Below, one piece after another: positions 44,836-61,065 of a stretch of 64,000 nucleotides of DNA. Position numbers and translations under genes: made by a program. The DNA lies in assembly GCF_009914755.1 (NCBI RefSeq), contig NC_060933.1; one strand, given 5' to 3'. The stretch is from the human T2T-CHM13v2.0 reference genome, Homo sapiens. The notes under the pieces are model-generated. The model made no database searches and was not told where the DNA came from. It was given only the letters and a program-made list of their open reading frames with translations. Position 1 is the first letter of the stretch. The number at the start of each line of letters is the position of its first letter.

Positions 44836-47269
44836 ATAAACTGTATATGTATACATTCCATTAATTAAAATATACAAGCGAGACTGCTTCACTTTAACAA
44901 AACTAACCTTAACTGAAGCTTAAAAGACATGTAGGTGGGCCACAAGTCGGCCACTGTCCTATCACTGGCCCAATTCTAAGACCCAATGAGTCCAAGTGTG
45001 GGTGGCAGGAACCTGACTGGCATGGGAGGTCGCTTCCCGACCACCTGGCACAAATATCGCCCTGTGACATCTGTGTGTGTTAACTGCTATCTCTGGAGCC
45101 TCCTGCCAAGCCCGTCCCCACACTCTGGGCTTCTGGCTCACAAAGTGCCTGCTCATGCATTGATAGCACTAGGCTCACATCTGCTGCTGTGACTTCCCAG
45201 CATGCTGCAACCAAGCCTCATTATTTCAGTGTGTGCTTTGGTGAGTTGTTGAGTGGCTCTGCTTGCCCACCTCACAGCAGCCTGCTTCAGTGTACAATAC
45301 CAAACCTCTTTGACCTTGTGTTACTCATACCCATCCACATCCAACTCAGGAAAATCACACTTCTAAGTAGTCAAGCTGTTTGCAGCCCTTGATTTGCAAT
45401 CATTAATTCTTACAACCTTTCTTCCATCTATAAAATTGGTCCATGAAGGGTAATTTGAAAGTATCCATCAAAATTACCACTCAGAGGAATTTACGTATAT
45501 ACTCATACTTCATACATAATTGTGTGAAATAACTTAAGTACAAGGCTATTTAAATGACTAATGCACAGTTTGTATTCACAAAAGACCAAAAACAACTAAA
45601 ATGCCCATCATTAGGCAATTGGTAAAATAAATTATGTTGTGTCCTTGGATAGAATCCTATGATACACAAAGAAGGTGATCTGTATAACAGATATAGAAAG
45701 AACTGCCCTGATCCATTAAAGCTCAGATCATCATGTAATAAATATTGCTGTGTATGTATGATGGAGGGGACAGGATATATATGTATTAAAATCTCTGAAA
45801 TGATAAGTAAGAAATTAATAACAGTGGCTATTTCTTTTGGAGGCAGGGAAGGAATGAGAACAGTAGATTGGGGACTGGGATGGGATAGAGGCTTTTAAGC
45901 ATATTCCTTTTTGTACATTACGATGTTTGAACCATGAGCCTATTAAAAAAACCAAATACATAATAAAAATAATGACCCATTCTGCCTACTTTATGGGAGT
46001 GGTTGTTGCTTTGTAAACAGTAAAGTGCCTGAGAAAATTTACCTTCCTGTCTTGCTGAGGAAGGGCTTTGAGGAAGGGCTGATGAGCTGAATCCCTGCAA
46101 AACCTTTCTGTTCAGCTGCTGAAGGAATTTTCTCACCACATTTCAGGTTTCTTGCTGCCATGCTGGTACTCAACTTCTGTTTACTTTAAGCCTTGCTATT
46201 CAAGAGTGATGTCTCTGTTCACAAATTGCAGGGGTGGGAGTGGTAAAAACGACTCTAAGAGTTGTTATACTTTTGTTGGAACTTCTAGTCCAGGCTGTGG
46301 TCATTCACATCTGTGCTCCAGAAATTCAATACTATCAGTTCACTGATGGATATGATTCTAAAGTAACAGAAATATAGAACTGAAAGCGTTGGCAAAGCCC
46401 AACAAGTTCTATATTTTACAGAGAAGAAAACCAAGGAGTGGAGTGATTGCATGGCTTGTCCAAACTCATGCATGTGTTAATGGAGCACTAGAGAGCTTGT
46501 TGCTGGGTCTCTTTCTGCACCTCCTTCCACTGTCCCACCATAATCCCAATGGATTCATTTACAAAGAGGACATGACATCCAATTATAGAAGAAAGATCTA
46601 CTAAACAAAAGAAAATAATTACAACAAGATGCTTAGAAAAATAATGTCAAAGCAAGGGAAAGTAATTCAAAATATGCAAACAACACAAAGCAAATCTGAT
46701 TCGTCCACCTTCTTTTCTACCTAAAGAACACTTGAATTTCCAATGTTCAGCATACACATGCCCTTTCTGAGGAGAGGGCAAGGAGGACCTGCCATTTATA
46801 TATGGCTATTTGGATACAGAGTGTGGCAGAACTGAGTTCCTGCCCACCAAAAATTGAAGCTCACCCTTCACAATACAGCATTGGAACTACATTTATAAAC
46901 TCTCCTTGCGTCTAGCTGGGACCATGGTTAGTTCTATTCAAAGACATAAAAGTGGAAGTGAGGATGTCATTTCTGAGCTGGGTCATCTAACCAATGAGTT
47001 TGCTTTTTCCATGTTCTCTTTCACTATAAATGCGGAGGACTCCGAGACCCAAAAGATATCAGAATCTCCAGAAGGAAGTATCCTGGATCCCTGAATCAAC
47101 CACTTGGAGGAAAACTGTGTTCCAACCAGAAATGACCTGCATTGGATTACCACTGTTAGGAAGTTAAGTTTTAATACAATAAGCCAATAAAATTTTGGAG
47201 TTGGTTTATGTTATTCTAAATCAATGCACAGGAACATTTCACTGGGACCTGAAAATGAGCCTAACTCTC

Positions 47270-48620
47270 AGCTTTAAAAAAGAATCACAAGTATCATGAG
47301 AAAAATATCCCCTTTTCACTGTTTCTGTTTCTCTTCTAGGGGCTCTTCTAATTCTTCTAGGGGTTACTTCCATAACTCTATACGATATATCACAATTTAT
47401 TGACTTAATTTAGGCAATATCTATTGACTTCCTACTGTGAAAGATGAGGATATAGCTCACTTAATTTCTCCTTTTCTCTCCCAATGTTTAATAATTATAT
47501 TTTTATTCGTTACATTTGTAATTTTAAATACTATTTTTATAATTAGTATATTGACTTCTTTTTCCGTAAATGACACATCATCTGGTCTTTCTACTTTATC
47601 TTTCCCCTTCTACCTCCCACCTGCTGTCAACTACAATTTTACTTTTTATATTTGTCAAAATAACATGTATTTTATCATCTGCCAACACAATCAACACTCT
47701 GATGCTTTTTTCATAGGTTGATTTGAAATCCTGAAACTCAATAAAGAACCATTACTTGATTATGACTATGTAAATAATGTTCACCTGTGTGCCAAGGAAT
47801 CACCTGCAGATTTTGTTAAAATGCAGATTCTGGCTGGTGGGTCTTGGGTGAGGCCTGGGATTCTGTATTTCCTCTAAGACTCTAGCTGATGCTCCTGCAG
47901 CTGGTCTGAGATCACATGGAAGTAGTTTCCAGCATTCAGTGGTGCTAATGATAAGCCTGGTACTAACCTAACTCCTATCCCTTGGTAGTTTTTTCTCTCT
48001 GGTACCTTTCAATATGTTTTTCTTATTCTCAGTGTTTGGAAATTTTTGGAAGATGAATCAAGGTGTTAATCATTGTCCTGTGCACTTGGTAGGCCACTCA
48101 ATCTGAAGAGCTGTGTCTTTCTTCAGCTTTGGGGAATATTCTATTATTTCTGTGATCGTTGCCTCCCTCTGCCTCCTGCCCTTTTCTCTGGTTTTACTTT
48201 GAGACTCCTACTGGTCAGATGTCAGAGCTTCTGGAATGATCCTCTACTTTTCTTATCTTTTCTCTGTTTCTATCTCATTCTCTTTTTGTTGTATGCTCTG
48301 TTCTATTTCCTCATCTTATTTTTCCCCAGGCCCCCTCTATTGAATTTTTGGCAAGCCTATGTCTAATCTCTAAAAGCTAAAAGCTCTTTCTTTTCCTATT
48401 ATCTGTTTTTGTATCACTTTTAAATAAATATTATGCCTTTTTAGAGTTCTCTGAACACATTAATGAGAGCTCTTCTTTGTTTGAAGTGTCCTGGTTTGCC
48501 TTTGCTTCCTCTGGCTCACTTTTTTCTGTGTATCTTGGTCTCTCTCTTTCATGTTGCTATTTTCCCCCACATATTTGGTGATTCTATTCATACTTAAAAA
48601 TAAAGGATTAGGTAGATGGC
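47270..48620 (-). mobile_element. HAL1/L1M fragments with an embedded MER5-like piece (about 47790-47920)
   Basis: T-rich reverse L1-like sequence; gaatcacctgcagattttgttaaaatgcagattctgg is MER5-like. Confidence 0.45.
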
Positions 48621-49170
48621 GTGCAGTTTTTTGTTTTTTTTTTTTGATGTTGTACAAGTAAGTCTGTTTCTCTTCATTTATTCTGTTTCATAATGTCACA
48701 ATTTACTATTGCTTACTCATTCTCTTATTCATAATCATTAGGTCATTTCCACATTTTTTCCTATGCAGTGTTTCAATGAACCTCCTCATAGATTATATCC
48801 TTATGAGTGAGTACAGTTATTTATATGGAACCCCTAAAACTGACAATGCTAGTTGAAAGCAGTACACATGAAAAAACAAGTTTTTATTATGGAAAATGTC
48901 AAATATATGAGAAACTAGGGAGAATGGTGTAATGATTCTCCTTATTTGCTTGAGAGGATTAAAGACATGATGATGGCCAGTCTTGATTCCTCCACACGCC
49001 TGTTCATTTGCCCCATCCTCTTGTATTACGTTGAAGCAAATGTCAGAAATCTAATAATTTCATCTGAACTTGTACACATTTTCTATAGCGGTAAAATATA
49101 TATAACATAAATTTTACCACTTGAACTACCTTTAAATATACAATTCAGTGGCATTAAGAACATTCACATA

Positions 49171-49495
<325 letters not shown>

Positions 49496-51399
49496 TTACA
49501 TAGCCCAAACCCCTCCTTTATGTGATATATGCATGTAGCCAATCTGCACGCCTCTCCTGAATCTAAAAGAAAAAAAGGCAAAAAAGAACACTCATGTTGT
49601 TATGCAGTCATCACCACTACGCACTAAGATATATATATATATGTATATATATATACATATATAGTGTGACTTCTCCCAAATCTTAGTAATTTCCCCCCAT
49701 CTCCAAAGAACTTCTATTTCTCTACATGTGACCATCAACATATTTTTCTTTTTTTCTGGGTAGGAAGAGGGCAGGAAACAAACATTCCTCTCTTTCTTTC
49801 CCAAGTTCTGAACCAACAAAGAAACATATAGGAGTCACACAAATGTAGATTTTAAAATATCGTCTGAAAAGCTGAATTGGATGATGTGTCTTTAGCTCTG
49901 CAATCAAACTGTCTTACGAATACTTCACCTCTGCACTAAGTAGATGATCCCACCTTTTCACTGGGACAGCTGTCAACCATCACAGGTGCACAGCCTGTCT
50001 AGGGAAGCCTATATGGCTAGGAGCACATGGGGATCCATCCTCAATTCAGGCAAGGAGAGCTGGAAAAAGAGGACCCAGATGGCACTGGCCAACAGACCCA
50101 CTTCCTTTCCCAAATTCTCTCACAATCCTCTTCTGGAAAGGAGGGAAGGAGGGTCGGGGAGAGAAGTCAGGAATATTCTTTCAAAATAAGTCATGAGGCA
50201 GGGAAATGGGGCTTCCCTAACAGATGTTATCAATTTATTTAATTGTTGTCAATCTGGTAAGTGATGTTTTAACTTGAATTTCTCTGAAAACCAATAAGGT
50301 GGCCCTTTTTCACAAGCTTATTGGCCACTGCATTTCCCTTTCTGTGAACTGCCTGGTTTTCTACTGAGTTGTTTTTTTTTTAAACACTTGCCAGGAGGCT
50401 TTTTAACATTAAGGGTATTAACTTTTTGTCTGTCACATTGTTGCAAATGTTTTCCCCCAGTGTATCATCTGTCTTTTGACTGGCTTTATAGTTTCTCTTT
50501 CCATAGAGAAACTTAAAAGTTTTATTTAGTGATGCCACTTAGCAAAGATGAGGACTGTTTTGTTGTGATAAAACACAACAGAATCTTGGGCACCCATGTT
50601 TATGGAAAATCCTACAAAAGCCCATTGAAAAAGGCTGGAGCCTTGAAAAAAAAATGCACTAAAAGACTTGCTATAATAGTTTTTATCTCTTTCCCTTGGT
50701 TGACAAGGGTAACCTCACTGAAACCTATTAGTAGTTCCCCAGTTATCCATGTTTCATCTGGCCATTTGCATGGGCAGGAAATTCTAAAATCAATTTAAGC
50801 AATTTGGGGAGTGAATGAGGTCACTTCAAAATGATTTTAATCTACTGTGCTAATTGCACCTAAAATGCCTGCACACATTTCTCCAAATTTAAAATTCTAA
50901 TTACGGGTTGACATCTTTAAACATCTTGGTGATATACCCTGGAGGGGGTGGAAAATCTGTGCTGATTTTCCCTACTGCATCTGTAGGTGAAAGGATTTGC
51001 TGGCATCCCAAATCCATGGAACTTAATAAGGACAGAAAGGTACTTAGTGCTTTCCTGGCCCTAACACCCTACTTATTTAGGAGATGAGAACTCAAGTGGC
51101 TATTCCAACTCTCTCTAGGAGCCATCCCCAACTTCCTTTCCTATAGCCTAGTCTGGATCAGTGGTTCGTGTTACTCATCTGTGCCTGGCACACAGTAGGA
51201 CCTCAAACAAGTTTGCTGAATGATGAGTTATTTGAGGTTACACACATAGGTAGTGTCAAAACTGTCCTGACTCCTGATCCAAGACTCTAAACTTCTATAA
51301 ACTGCCCAGACTTTGGAGTCAAAAAGATTCTACTTAGAGTCCTAGCTCTGGCACTTACAAGATGTGTTTTTATCAGCAAGGTTATTAACCCTTCTGGAC

Positions 51400-52950
<1,551 letters not shown>

Positions 52951-52954
52951 ACAT

Positions 52955-54185
52955 TTTTTTTTAAATTATGGTAAGAACACTTGGCATGACAGATACCCTC
53001 TTAATAAATTTGTAACTGTACAATAGAGTACAGTATTGCTAAGTGTAGGCACAATGTTGTATGATGGATCTCTAGAATTTACTCATCTTGCACAACCAAA
53101 ACTTTATACCTGTTGAATAGAAACTTCCCATTGTCCCCTCCCCTGCAACCCCTGACAACCACTACCTACTCTCTGCTTAGGTACATTTGACTATTTTATT
53201 ATTTATTTAGTTATTTTAGAGACAGGGTCTCGCTCTGTCACTCAGGCTGGACTGCACTGGTGCTATCATAGCTCACTGCAGTATTGATCTCCTGGCTCAA
53301 GCGGTTCTCCCACTTCAGCCTTCCAAGTAGCTGGTACCACAGGCATGAACTACCGCACCCGGCTAATTTTAAATTTTTTTGTAGAGACTGGGTCTCGCCA
53401 CATTGCCCAGGTTGGTCTTGAACTTGAACTTTCGGCCTCAAGAAATCCTCCCAACTTGGCTTCCCAAAGTGTTGGGATTACAAGCATGAGCCACCACGCT
53501 CAGCCTTTGACTATTTTAGATTCCCCATATAGGTGAAATCATACAGTATTTGTTTTTCTGTGACTAGCTTATTTCACTTAGCATAATGTCCTATAGGTTC
53601 ACATGTTGTCACGTATCACAGGATTTCCTTCTTTAAGGCTGAATAACATTCCACGCATGTATATATCACATTTTATTTATACAGTCATCTATTAATGGAC
53701 ATTTAGGTTGTTTCTACACCTTGGCTATTGTGAATAATGCTACGATAAATGTTTTGCAAATATTTCTTTGAGATCTTGATTTCAATTCTTTTGGTGAGTT
53801 TGACTGAGATTGCTGGATCATAAGGCAGTTCTATTTTTAATTGTTTTAGGGACCCCCCCCCCCCATTCTGTTTTCTATATCGGCCAAACCATTTCACATT
53901 CCCACCAATAGTATACAGGGGTTCCAATTTCTCCACATCCTTGCCAGGACTTGTTATTTACTGGTTTTGTTTTGTTTTTGTTTTTGATAGCGGCCATCCT
54001 AACAGGTATGAGGTGATATCTCATTGTAGTTTTGATTTGCATTTCCTTAATGATTAGTGATGTTAAGCATCTTTTCATATACCCATTGACCATCTGTATG
54101 TCCTCTTAAAAGAAATGTCTATTCAAGTTATTTGCTCTCTTTTTTGCATTTTTTTTTTTTGGTTTCTTGCTGTGGAGTTGTAGGT
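52955..54185 (-). mobile_element. L1MA/MB 3' fragment interrupted by an AluJ
   Basis: Minus-strand peptide [19 protein letters not shown] is the ORF2 C-terminus, followed by an old 3'UTR. Confidence 0.8.
53199..53505 (-). mobile_element. AluJ
   Basis: Perfect 13-bp TSD tttgactatttta (53186-53198 and 53506-53518). Confidence 0.92.
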
Positions 54186-54699
54186 CAGTAAATACTTTTG
54201 AGTGAATGAATGAAGAAATCTCTATTTTAAAAGAACTAAATTAAATTAATGTATGTAAAGCAGTTAATGGAGCATTAGTACGCTGTGAATTACTCAATAA
54301 GTTAGTAATAAAAACCTAGGAAAAAAATGAGAGAAACATTTGACAGCAAAGGTTCCCAATAAAAAGAGTAAATACACTATAGAAAAGCAGTTTATTTCCT
54401 CTTGAATTAATAAGTAATTTATTAAAACTTTAAAAGTAATTTATTAAAATTCAAAAGTAATTTATTTCCTCTTGAAATAATAAGCATGTTATTTTTAATT
54501 TTCTTTTTAGTTTCAATTCAGCATGTGTTTGGGACTAAGGTGAACACCAATTCCCTTGGACCATCTGAGTTAATACCTTTTTTCTTTTAAAAATTTTACT
54601 TTTATAAAAATAATTTTTTGAAAATAGTTTAAAAATATATCTATTTATAAGGAAACTAATAAACATGTCCAAAATTATATAATTTCTAAGAATTAATGA

Positions 54700-55315
54700 C
54701 TATGTTCAGAGCAGTTTTACGTTCTCAACAAAACTGAACAAAATGTATGGAGTTCCCATATACATCTCCTCTTCCCTACCCTGCATACACTTGCCTCCCC
54801 CACCATTAACATCTCCCACCAGAGTGGTGCATTTGTTGCAGTCAATGAACCAAGACTGGCACATCGTTATAAAACAAAGTCCATCGTTTACTTGGGAGTT
54901 CGCGCATGATGTACACTCTATGGGTTTGAACAAATATATAATGACATGTATCCACCATTATTGTTCCATACAGAATAGTTTCACTGCCCTGGTTTCTTTT
55001 ACTTAGTAATGTGCATTTAAAATTCCTCCATGTCTTTCTCTGCCTTGAGCGCTCATTTCTTTTTAGCACTGAATAATATTTCATTGTATGGATGCTCCAC
55101 AGTTTATTTATCCATTCACCTATCGAAGGACATCTTGGTTGCTTCAAAGTTTTGGCAATTATGAATAAAGCTGCTATAAACATCCACAAGCAGGTTGTGT
55201 GTGGACATAAGTTTTCAACTCATTTGGGTAAATAGCAAGGAGTGTGATTGTTAGATTGTGTGTATGGTAAGGGTATTTTTAGTTTTGTTAAGAAACTGCC
55301 AAAATGTTTTCCAAG
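54700..55315 (-). mobile_element. L1MC1-like 3' fragment
   Basis: Minus-strand MFIAALFIIAKTLKQPRCPSIGEWINKLW followed by an MC-type 3'UTR. Confidence 0.78.
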
Positions 55316-56149
55316 CAAAATTATAGAATTTTAATTATGTTTAATGCCCCCTTTTATTCTCAAAAGTGTCCAAGTGTGGGTGATAAATGGTCACTGTACT
55401 TAAAAAGGATAATTTCTCCTGAATTACAGAAGGACAGTATTTCACCCTAGTTGTATTTCGTTGAACCAAATCAAAATGAATCACAAATAGCAATTAATCT
55501 TCTGAAGACTACTGGGGAGAGAAGAGAGGGCAAGTGAACCAGTTCTCGTTTTCCTTGCAGGAGGAATCAGCACAATGAGGTTAAGAGGCTTCTGCAGGCC
55601 CCAGCCAGCCAGCTGCAGAGTAAGAGTGCAATCAAAATCGCTGCAAACTCCATTTACTGTGCCATCCTCTCAAGACCAGAATCTTCCTTTATTGTCCAAT
55701 TAGTTAGGGTTCCTTAGTTTCTAAGAACAGCACTCAATGGATTTAAAACAGACTGGCAGGCCTGGGAGGGGCCGTGGCCCCTAATTGGAGGGAGCCCCTG
55801 GCAGTTCTTTGAGCCTGGACTGCGGGCTGCTGGCAGCTGGCCCTCCACTTCCACTCCCTGCTGTGCTGGGATTTCCCCCCCTGGCCTGTCCTCCACAGCC
55901 TGCACTGCACTTGTGGCTCTGCTTGCTGTTTTGGTTCCCTACTCTGGGGCAGAGCAAGGAAACCTGGAAACCATTAGAAAGTAAAGCATTATAGGTCTGA
56001 GGAAGTACTTGATTTTGTACCCTGCTACCTTTCCAGACTGCCACTGATCTGGCCCCCTGTACTTAAAGAAGAAATAGCTCTGGGAGCAGTCCCTCAGTTG
56101 TGCTGACATACCAAGTGCACAGGCTCTAGGCTGAGAAGGTCATGCCAGT

Positions 56150-56385
56150 CAAAAGCACTGCAATAGCATTTCATGTTCCTGGGACTCTTCTATGCGCTTA
56201 AATATTATTTAACCCTTATAAGAACTCTAGGAACTAGTTGTTATATTACCCACCTTCAATTTAAGGAGGAGGAAACCAAGGAACAGAAAGGCTGAGTAAC
56301 TTTCCCAGGGTCACAAAGCAGATAATTGGTGGGGTTAGGATTTTAACTTGCATCATATGACCTGTTCCAGAATCTGGTCTTAATA
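56150..56385 (-). mobile_element. MIR
   Basis: gaggaaaccaaggaacagaaaggctgagtaactttcccagggtcaca. Confidence 0.65.
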
Positions 56386-57399
56386 ATGAAGCCATGCATC
56401 TCTCCAATTTGCTAGCAATGTCTGAAATTTCCCTGCTTAACCTAATGGGTTAATTGGATCACTCTGCCATCATTGCTTCCATTCAAAGGAGTATTTTGCA
56501 CAGTATAAAAACAAATTAATTTGGATCCAAATAATTTGACATAAATTGTAGGCCTCTCAAACTCAATTTCCTTCTGGATAAAACAGGCATAGATTCAGTA
56601 TCCACATTTGTTGCAAGAATAAAATTATGTTTATAAAGTGTGGAGTGCTCGTATCAAGAAACTGCGTAGTAATACTACCTTCTACTACTCTTTTTTGTTA
56701 TTATTATTTGTAGGCTGAATTTAAACTTTCCTTTCTCAATATCTATGAAAAGAGTTTGCAAACAGTACCTGCATATGTAAGGTACCATTAAGGGATATTT
56801 TAAAAACACTTCAAAAGCATTTGCTCACATTTCAACAATCAGCATGCAAATTACAAGTCATGCTTAAATATTTCTTATGGCACATTGCAAAGGACCTTCC
56901 CCTGTCACTCTTTGATGGCTGAGTTTCTGTTACTGAATATAGCTGAAAGTAATACAAAGTCAATTTAAATATTATCTATCATTCAGAATGGCTTTCTACC
57001 AATTTATTATACATGCATATAACATACTCCCATGCAGTAAGATGTCTTTAGACAAGTTCATGATAATATAAGAAAATAAGGGAACTAATAAAATAAAATT
57101 CATGTGCAGAGCTTTCTGTTGAACATCCCAGCCAATCCTCACTACTCATACAGACTTTTAGTCCATACCTAACCTTATACATAGGGTCCTTCATTATTTT
57201 GCATAATAGGGACTCCTCCCACAAAAGAATAGCCTTACTATTGATATTGAAGACATATGATGACTAAAACATATAACTAATTTGGTAACATACTGAAAGA
57301 ATTTAAATTGCATGAATTTTAAGAGCTTCTACAACACATATGCTCAAAATATACCATTTATTTTCAGTCTATAGAGAATGCTTGTTATCTAGGTAGATG

Positions 57400-58085
57400 G
57401 TTTCAAGGAAGGATCCCTTCAGTAAATATAAGTCTCCACCCACCCCCCTGCACCCACCATTCTCTACCCAGGGAGGGCCTTGGCCCACCGGTTAAAATCC
57501 AATGTATGGTTCTTCAATGAAGCTAGAAGACACTCTTGGGGGTTCTGTTCAGCTTATCAGAGTTCTACCTTCTCTAGAATTGTTTCTCCACTATCCACAT
57601 GATCCTAGGACCTGTTTCTTCCCCCTGGCCTTAGCCAATTGACTAGGGGTAGACCCCTCACCCAGAATAGGTCATAGTTTTCTACAGAAATTTAGAAATG
57701 GGACTAAGAGATTTCAATTCTCATCTGGGCTGGTTTCATGAATGGAGGAACAAAACTACCTTAGGAGTTGTGACTTAGCCAGACTAAACAAAATGGGCTT
57801 GATAGATGATGTGCTAGCCGGCAAAGAAAAATTAAAATGGAGAAAGAAAGGACAGATGTGGGAGACTGGGACAAAAAGCCAAAACCAAAATCAAAACACA
57901 CAAAAAACAAGAGCTGCCTAGACTCTTGCTGGCTTTCCAGTCCCTCATATGGCCAGGCTGCACCTCTGGTTCTTGGAACCTGTAAGACACTTCCCAATTC
58001 TTTATATCTTGTCCCCATTTTCTTTCCTCTTTAAGCTAGCTTGAGTTAGTCTCTACTACTTGAAACCGAAAATTCTAGCCAATAT
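57400..58085 (+). mobile_element. Old MaLR LTR relic (MLT1-like)
   Basis: Ends ttaagctagcttgagttagtctctactacttgaaaccgaaa, a typical MLT1J/K/L terminus. Confidence 0.45.
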
Positions 58086-60471
58086 AAACAAGAACACAGG
58101 ATCACATCAGGCAGGGAGACACCTGCTAACTCACGGAAGATGCTTGCAGATAGTCATAAAGCGTTGCATTTTTTTGTTCTTATTATTTATCACATGTTCA
58201 ATCTGTCTCTCCCTCTGGATTCTAAACACGTTGATGTCAGAGCCTGAGCCTATTCTGCTACAATTTGTAACCGTCAGGGTGACTTTTAAAATGCACATAT
58301 GTAGGAAGTCTTCTTTACTATAAAGTCATCACGCATTCATGATGATGATTTTATAATGTCCTGAATCTTCTCATTTTGGCTCAGATGTGAAATGACTTTG
58401 AATGCAAAAAGAAAGAGTATTTGAAAGCAAGATATTTTTGCCAATTAACTTACAAATGAATGACCTTCAGTATATATGCTTGTAAACATCATGGAAGATA
58501 CAGGTGGAAGTCACCTCTTCAAAGAAAGAGGGGGTATTTGAAGAGCTACTTCTGCTTTAGCTAGAGGGAAAACACTTTTTTATTTTTCATAAGTTTATAA
58601 ATTTTCTAAAGTATGACAAACTTTGAAATTATACAAGATAAATTTACTTTAAAAAATTAGGAATTCAGACTGAGAATTCTTCAGTCCTTCAGATTGAGAA
58701 TGCAATCTGAAAATGAGGTTGTCATTTGTATTTGGGGGGTATCATTTGTATTTTTTGGCCTACATTTTATTTCATCAGCATAAAAATCAGCATTTTGCCT
58801 TTCAGGCTAATCCATGAAACTGTGGAAATCTGAAATCCTTCTGATCAGAGCATTCACAACAGTAGCAGAGCGAGTTATTCTGATGCGGAGGTCAGTCTAC
58901 TTCAGTGCTGGGGAAATAACTGCCAGAGATATGTTGTGGGTTGCTTTTCCTGCCCACAGTTCCATTTCTGTAGGAACTGTTCCCACTCAGGGACTCTGCC
59001 TGAGCTGCCATGATTTAATTAGGGAAGACCAAGAAAACTGGAGGGAGTAAGATAACCAAGAGGGCGCTGCCCCCTAATGGCTTCCATGGTCACAGATCCA
59101 TTCCTAGGGTCTGGCCATCCTCTTTTCTGAGAGGTCTTTCTATAGGTGTGACCAATTCCTCCTTAACTAGAACTAGCTTAAGTAAGTTGCCCATTTCTGG
59201 GGGGAGAGATACTTTGCAAAGATTAATTTTATCATTTTTCCATGTTAAATACACATGGTGGGCAAAAGAAAAAACATCATAAACTATGTTTCTTATAATA
59301 TATAACATTAGGGAATAAATCTTAAAGTAAGGAGCAGGAGAGAGCAAATGGTTTAGAGTTAAAAGATATAAACAATAACTTAGGATCTTTAAGAGGCTGC
59401 TGAAGCTCTTTGTGCCTCAGTTTCCTGAAGTGTCAATGAAGGCAATGCTGATATGCACCCTTCTGACCCACCTACTTTATAGAGTTACTGCAATGATAAA
59501 ATGAGATCACATATGTGAAAAAGCTACGGCAGTTTAAAAGTGTTACGCATACATTTAAAACTACTTCTGTTTTGAAATTATTAGGGCTAAATTTAGTATT
59601 AAGAAAGTTCCTTTTTCACAGGTTATTTCCTGTTGCTAGAAGACACTTATGAATCTTGTAAGTCTTTAGAGTGAGAATCAATTGTTGGAGTACAGAGACC
59701 AGTGAGGAATTAAATTCAGTTGCTTAAGAACAGGGCAACCCCTCTTCTCTCACGCCCTCAATATTGTTCTCTCATACAAAAGAAATCCAGAGGGGGACAG
59801 TCCAAGGATGGTACTGGAGTTTTACAATACTGTTACGGAACAACTCAGCTCTTTCCAGCTCTCCAGTCAGCCATCCTTAGAGCTTGACTCCCACATTTCC
59901 AAGATGGCAGCCTCAGTGCCTGCCACGTGTCTGTATTCCAGGCAGGCAACAGGGACAGGGCATAGGTAAAGAAGGTGCATTTCAGCAGTCAGCTTCTTTT
60001 AGAGAGCTTCCCTAGAATCCCCATCTAGTGACTTCCATTTATATCTCCTCAACCAGAAATGTGTCACACTGACCACCCCTAGCTGCAAGGAAAACTTAGA
60101 ACCAGGGTTGTTGTTTGGCTGGACACCTTGCTACCCCAAATAAAATCTGGGTTCTCTTAGTAATGAAGAAAGGAAGAATGCATATTGAATAGGTCTCTCT
60201 TACACTAGCCACTGAAAATGCTGATTACTAGAATTTGAGGCAATTGTATTAATTGTCCATTTTTAAGATAGTTTAATGCTAGACATATTGGTGATACCCT
60301 AAAAGAACCAAAGCCCCACTGCCTTGGCCAGTGCCATGACTTCAAGGCTGGAAGAAGATCCAAGCTTTCCCCATTTCAGTCAAGTGCTTTACTCAGCAGT
60401 CTACTCCATGTCTGGTTTCCAACACAACCACCACCTGGGGTTCCTACCAACCCAAGAGATGGGTTCAGTGG

Positions 60472-61065
60472 TGTGGTCAGTGGAAAATGGCCTCCAAAGA
60501 TGTCCACACCCTGGGTCCCAGAACTTGTACAGATGTTACCTTACATTACAAAGGGATTTTGTAGACCTAATTAAGAGGATGAATCTTAAAATGGGGAGAT
60601 TATCCTGGATCATCTGGGTGGCCCAACCTAATCATGAGTCCTTAAAAATGGAGAATCTTTTCCAACTGTGTCAGAGAGATGGGACCAAAGAAAGAGGAAA
60701 GATTCAAAACATGAGGAGGACTTGGCACAATCCCCTCTCCTGCTGCTGACTTGGAAGACGGGAGAAAGGAACATAAACCAAGCAATGCAAGCAGCTGGGA
60801 ATGACCCTCAGCCCACAGCTGCATGGAAATGGAAACATCAGTCCTACAACCTCAGGGACCTACATTTTGCCAACCTGAATGAGTAAGAAAATGGATCATC
60901 CCTTAGATCCTCCAGAAAGGACAGAGCCCTGCCGACGCTTTGCTTTTAGCTCCATGGGACCTGTGTCAGCTTCCCATCTACAGAACCTTAAGATAATAGG
61001 TTTTTGTTGTTTTATGTCACTACGTTTGTGGTAATTTGTTACAGCAACAATAGGAAACTAATGTA
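60472..61065 (+). mobile_element. MaLR solo LTR (MLT1D/E-like)
   Basis: tgtggtcagtggaaaatggcctccaaagatgtcc...ggaaactaat, with a perfect 5-bp TSD agtgg (60467-60471 and 61066-61070). Confidence 0.85.

Noticed and set aside
59054-59070. CTCF-like AGAGGGCGCT (also a partial match near 8503-8520)
   Set aside because: The 5' half of the core motif mismatches, so it cannot be supported without ChIP data.
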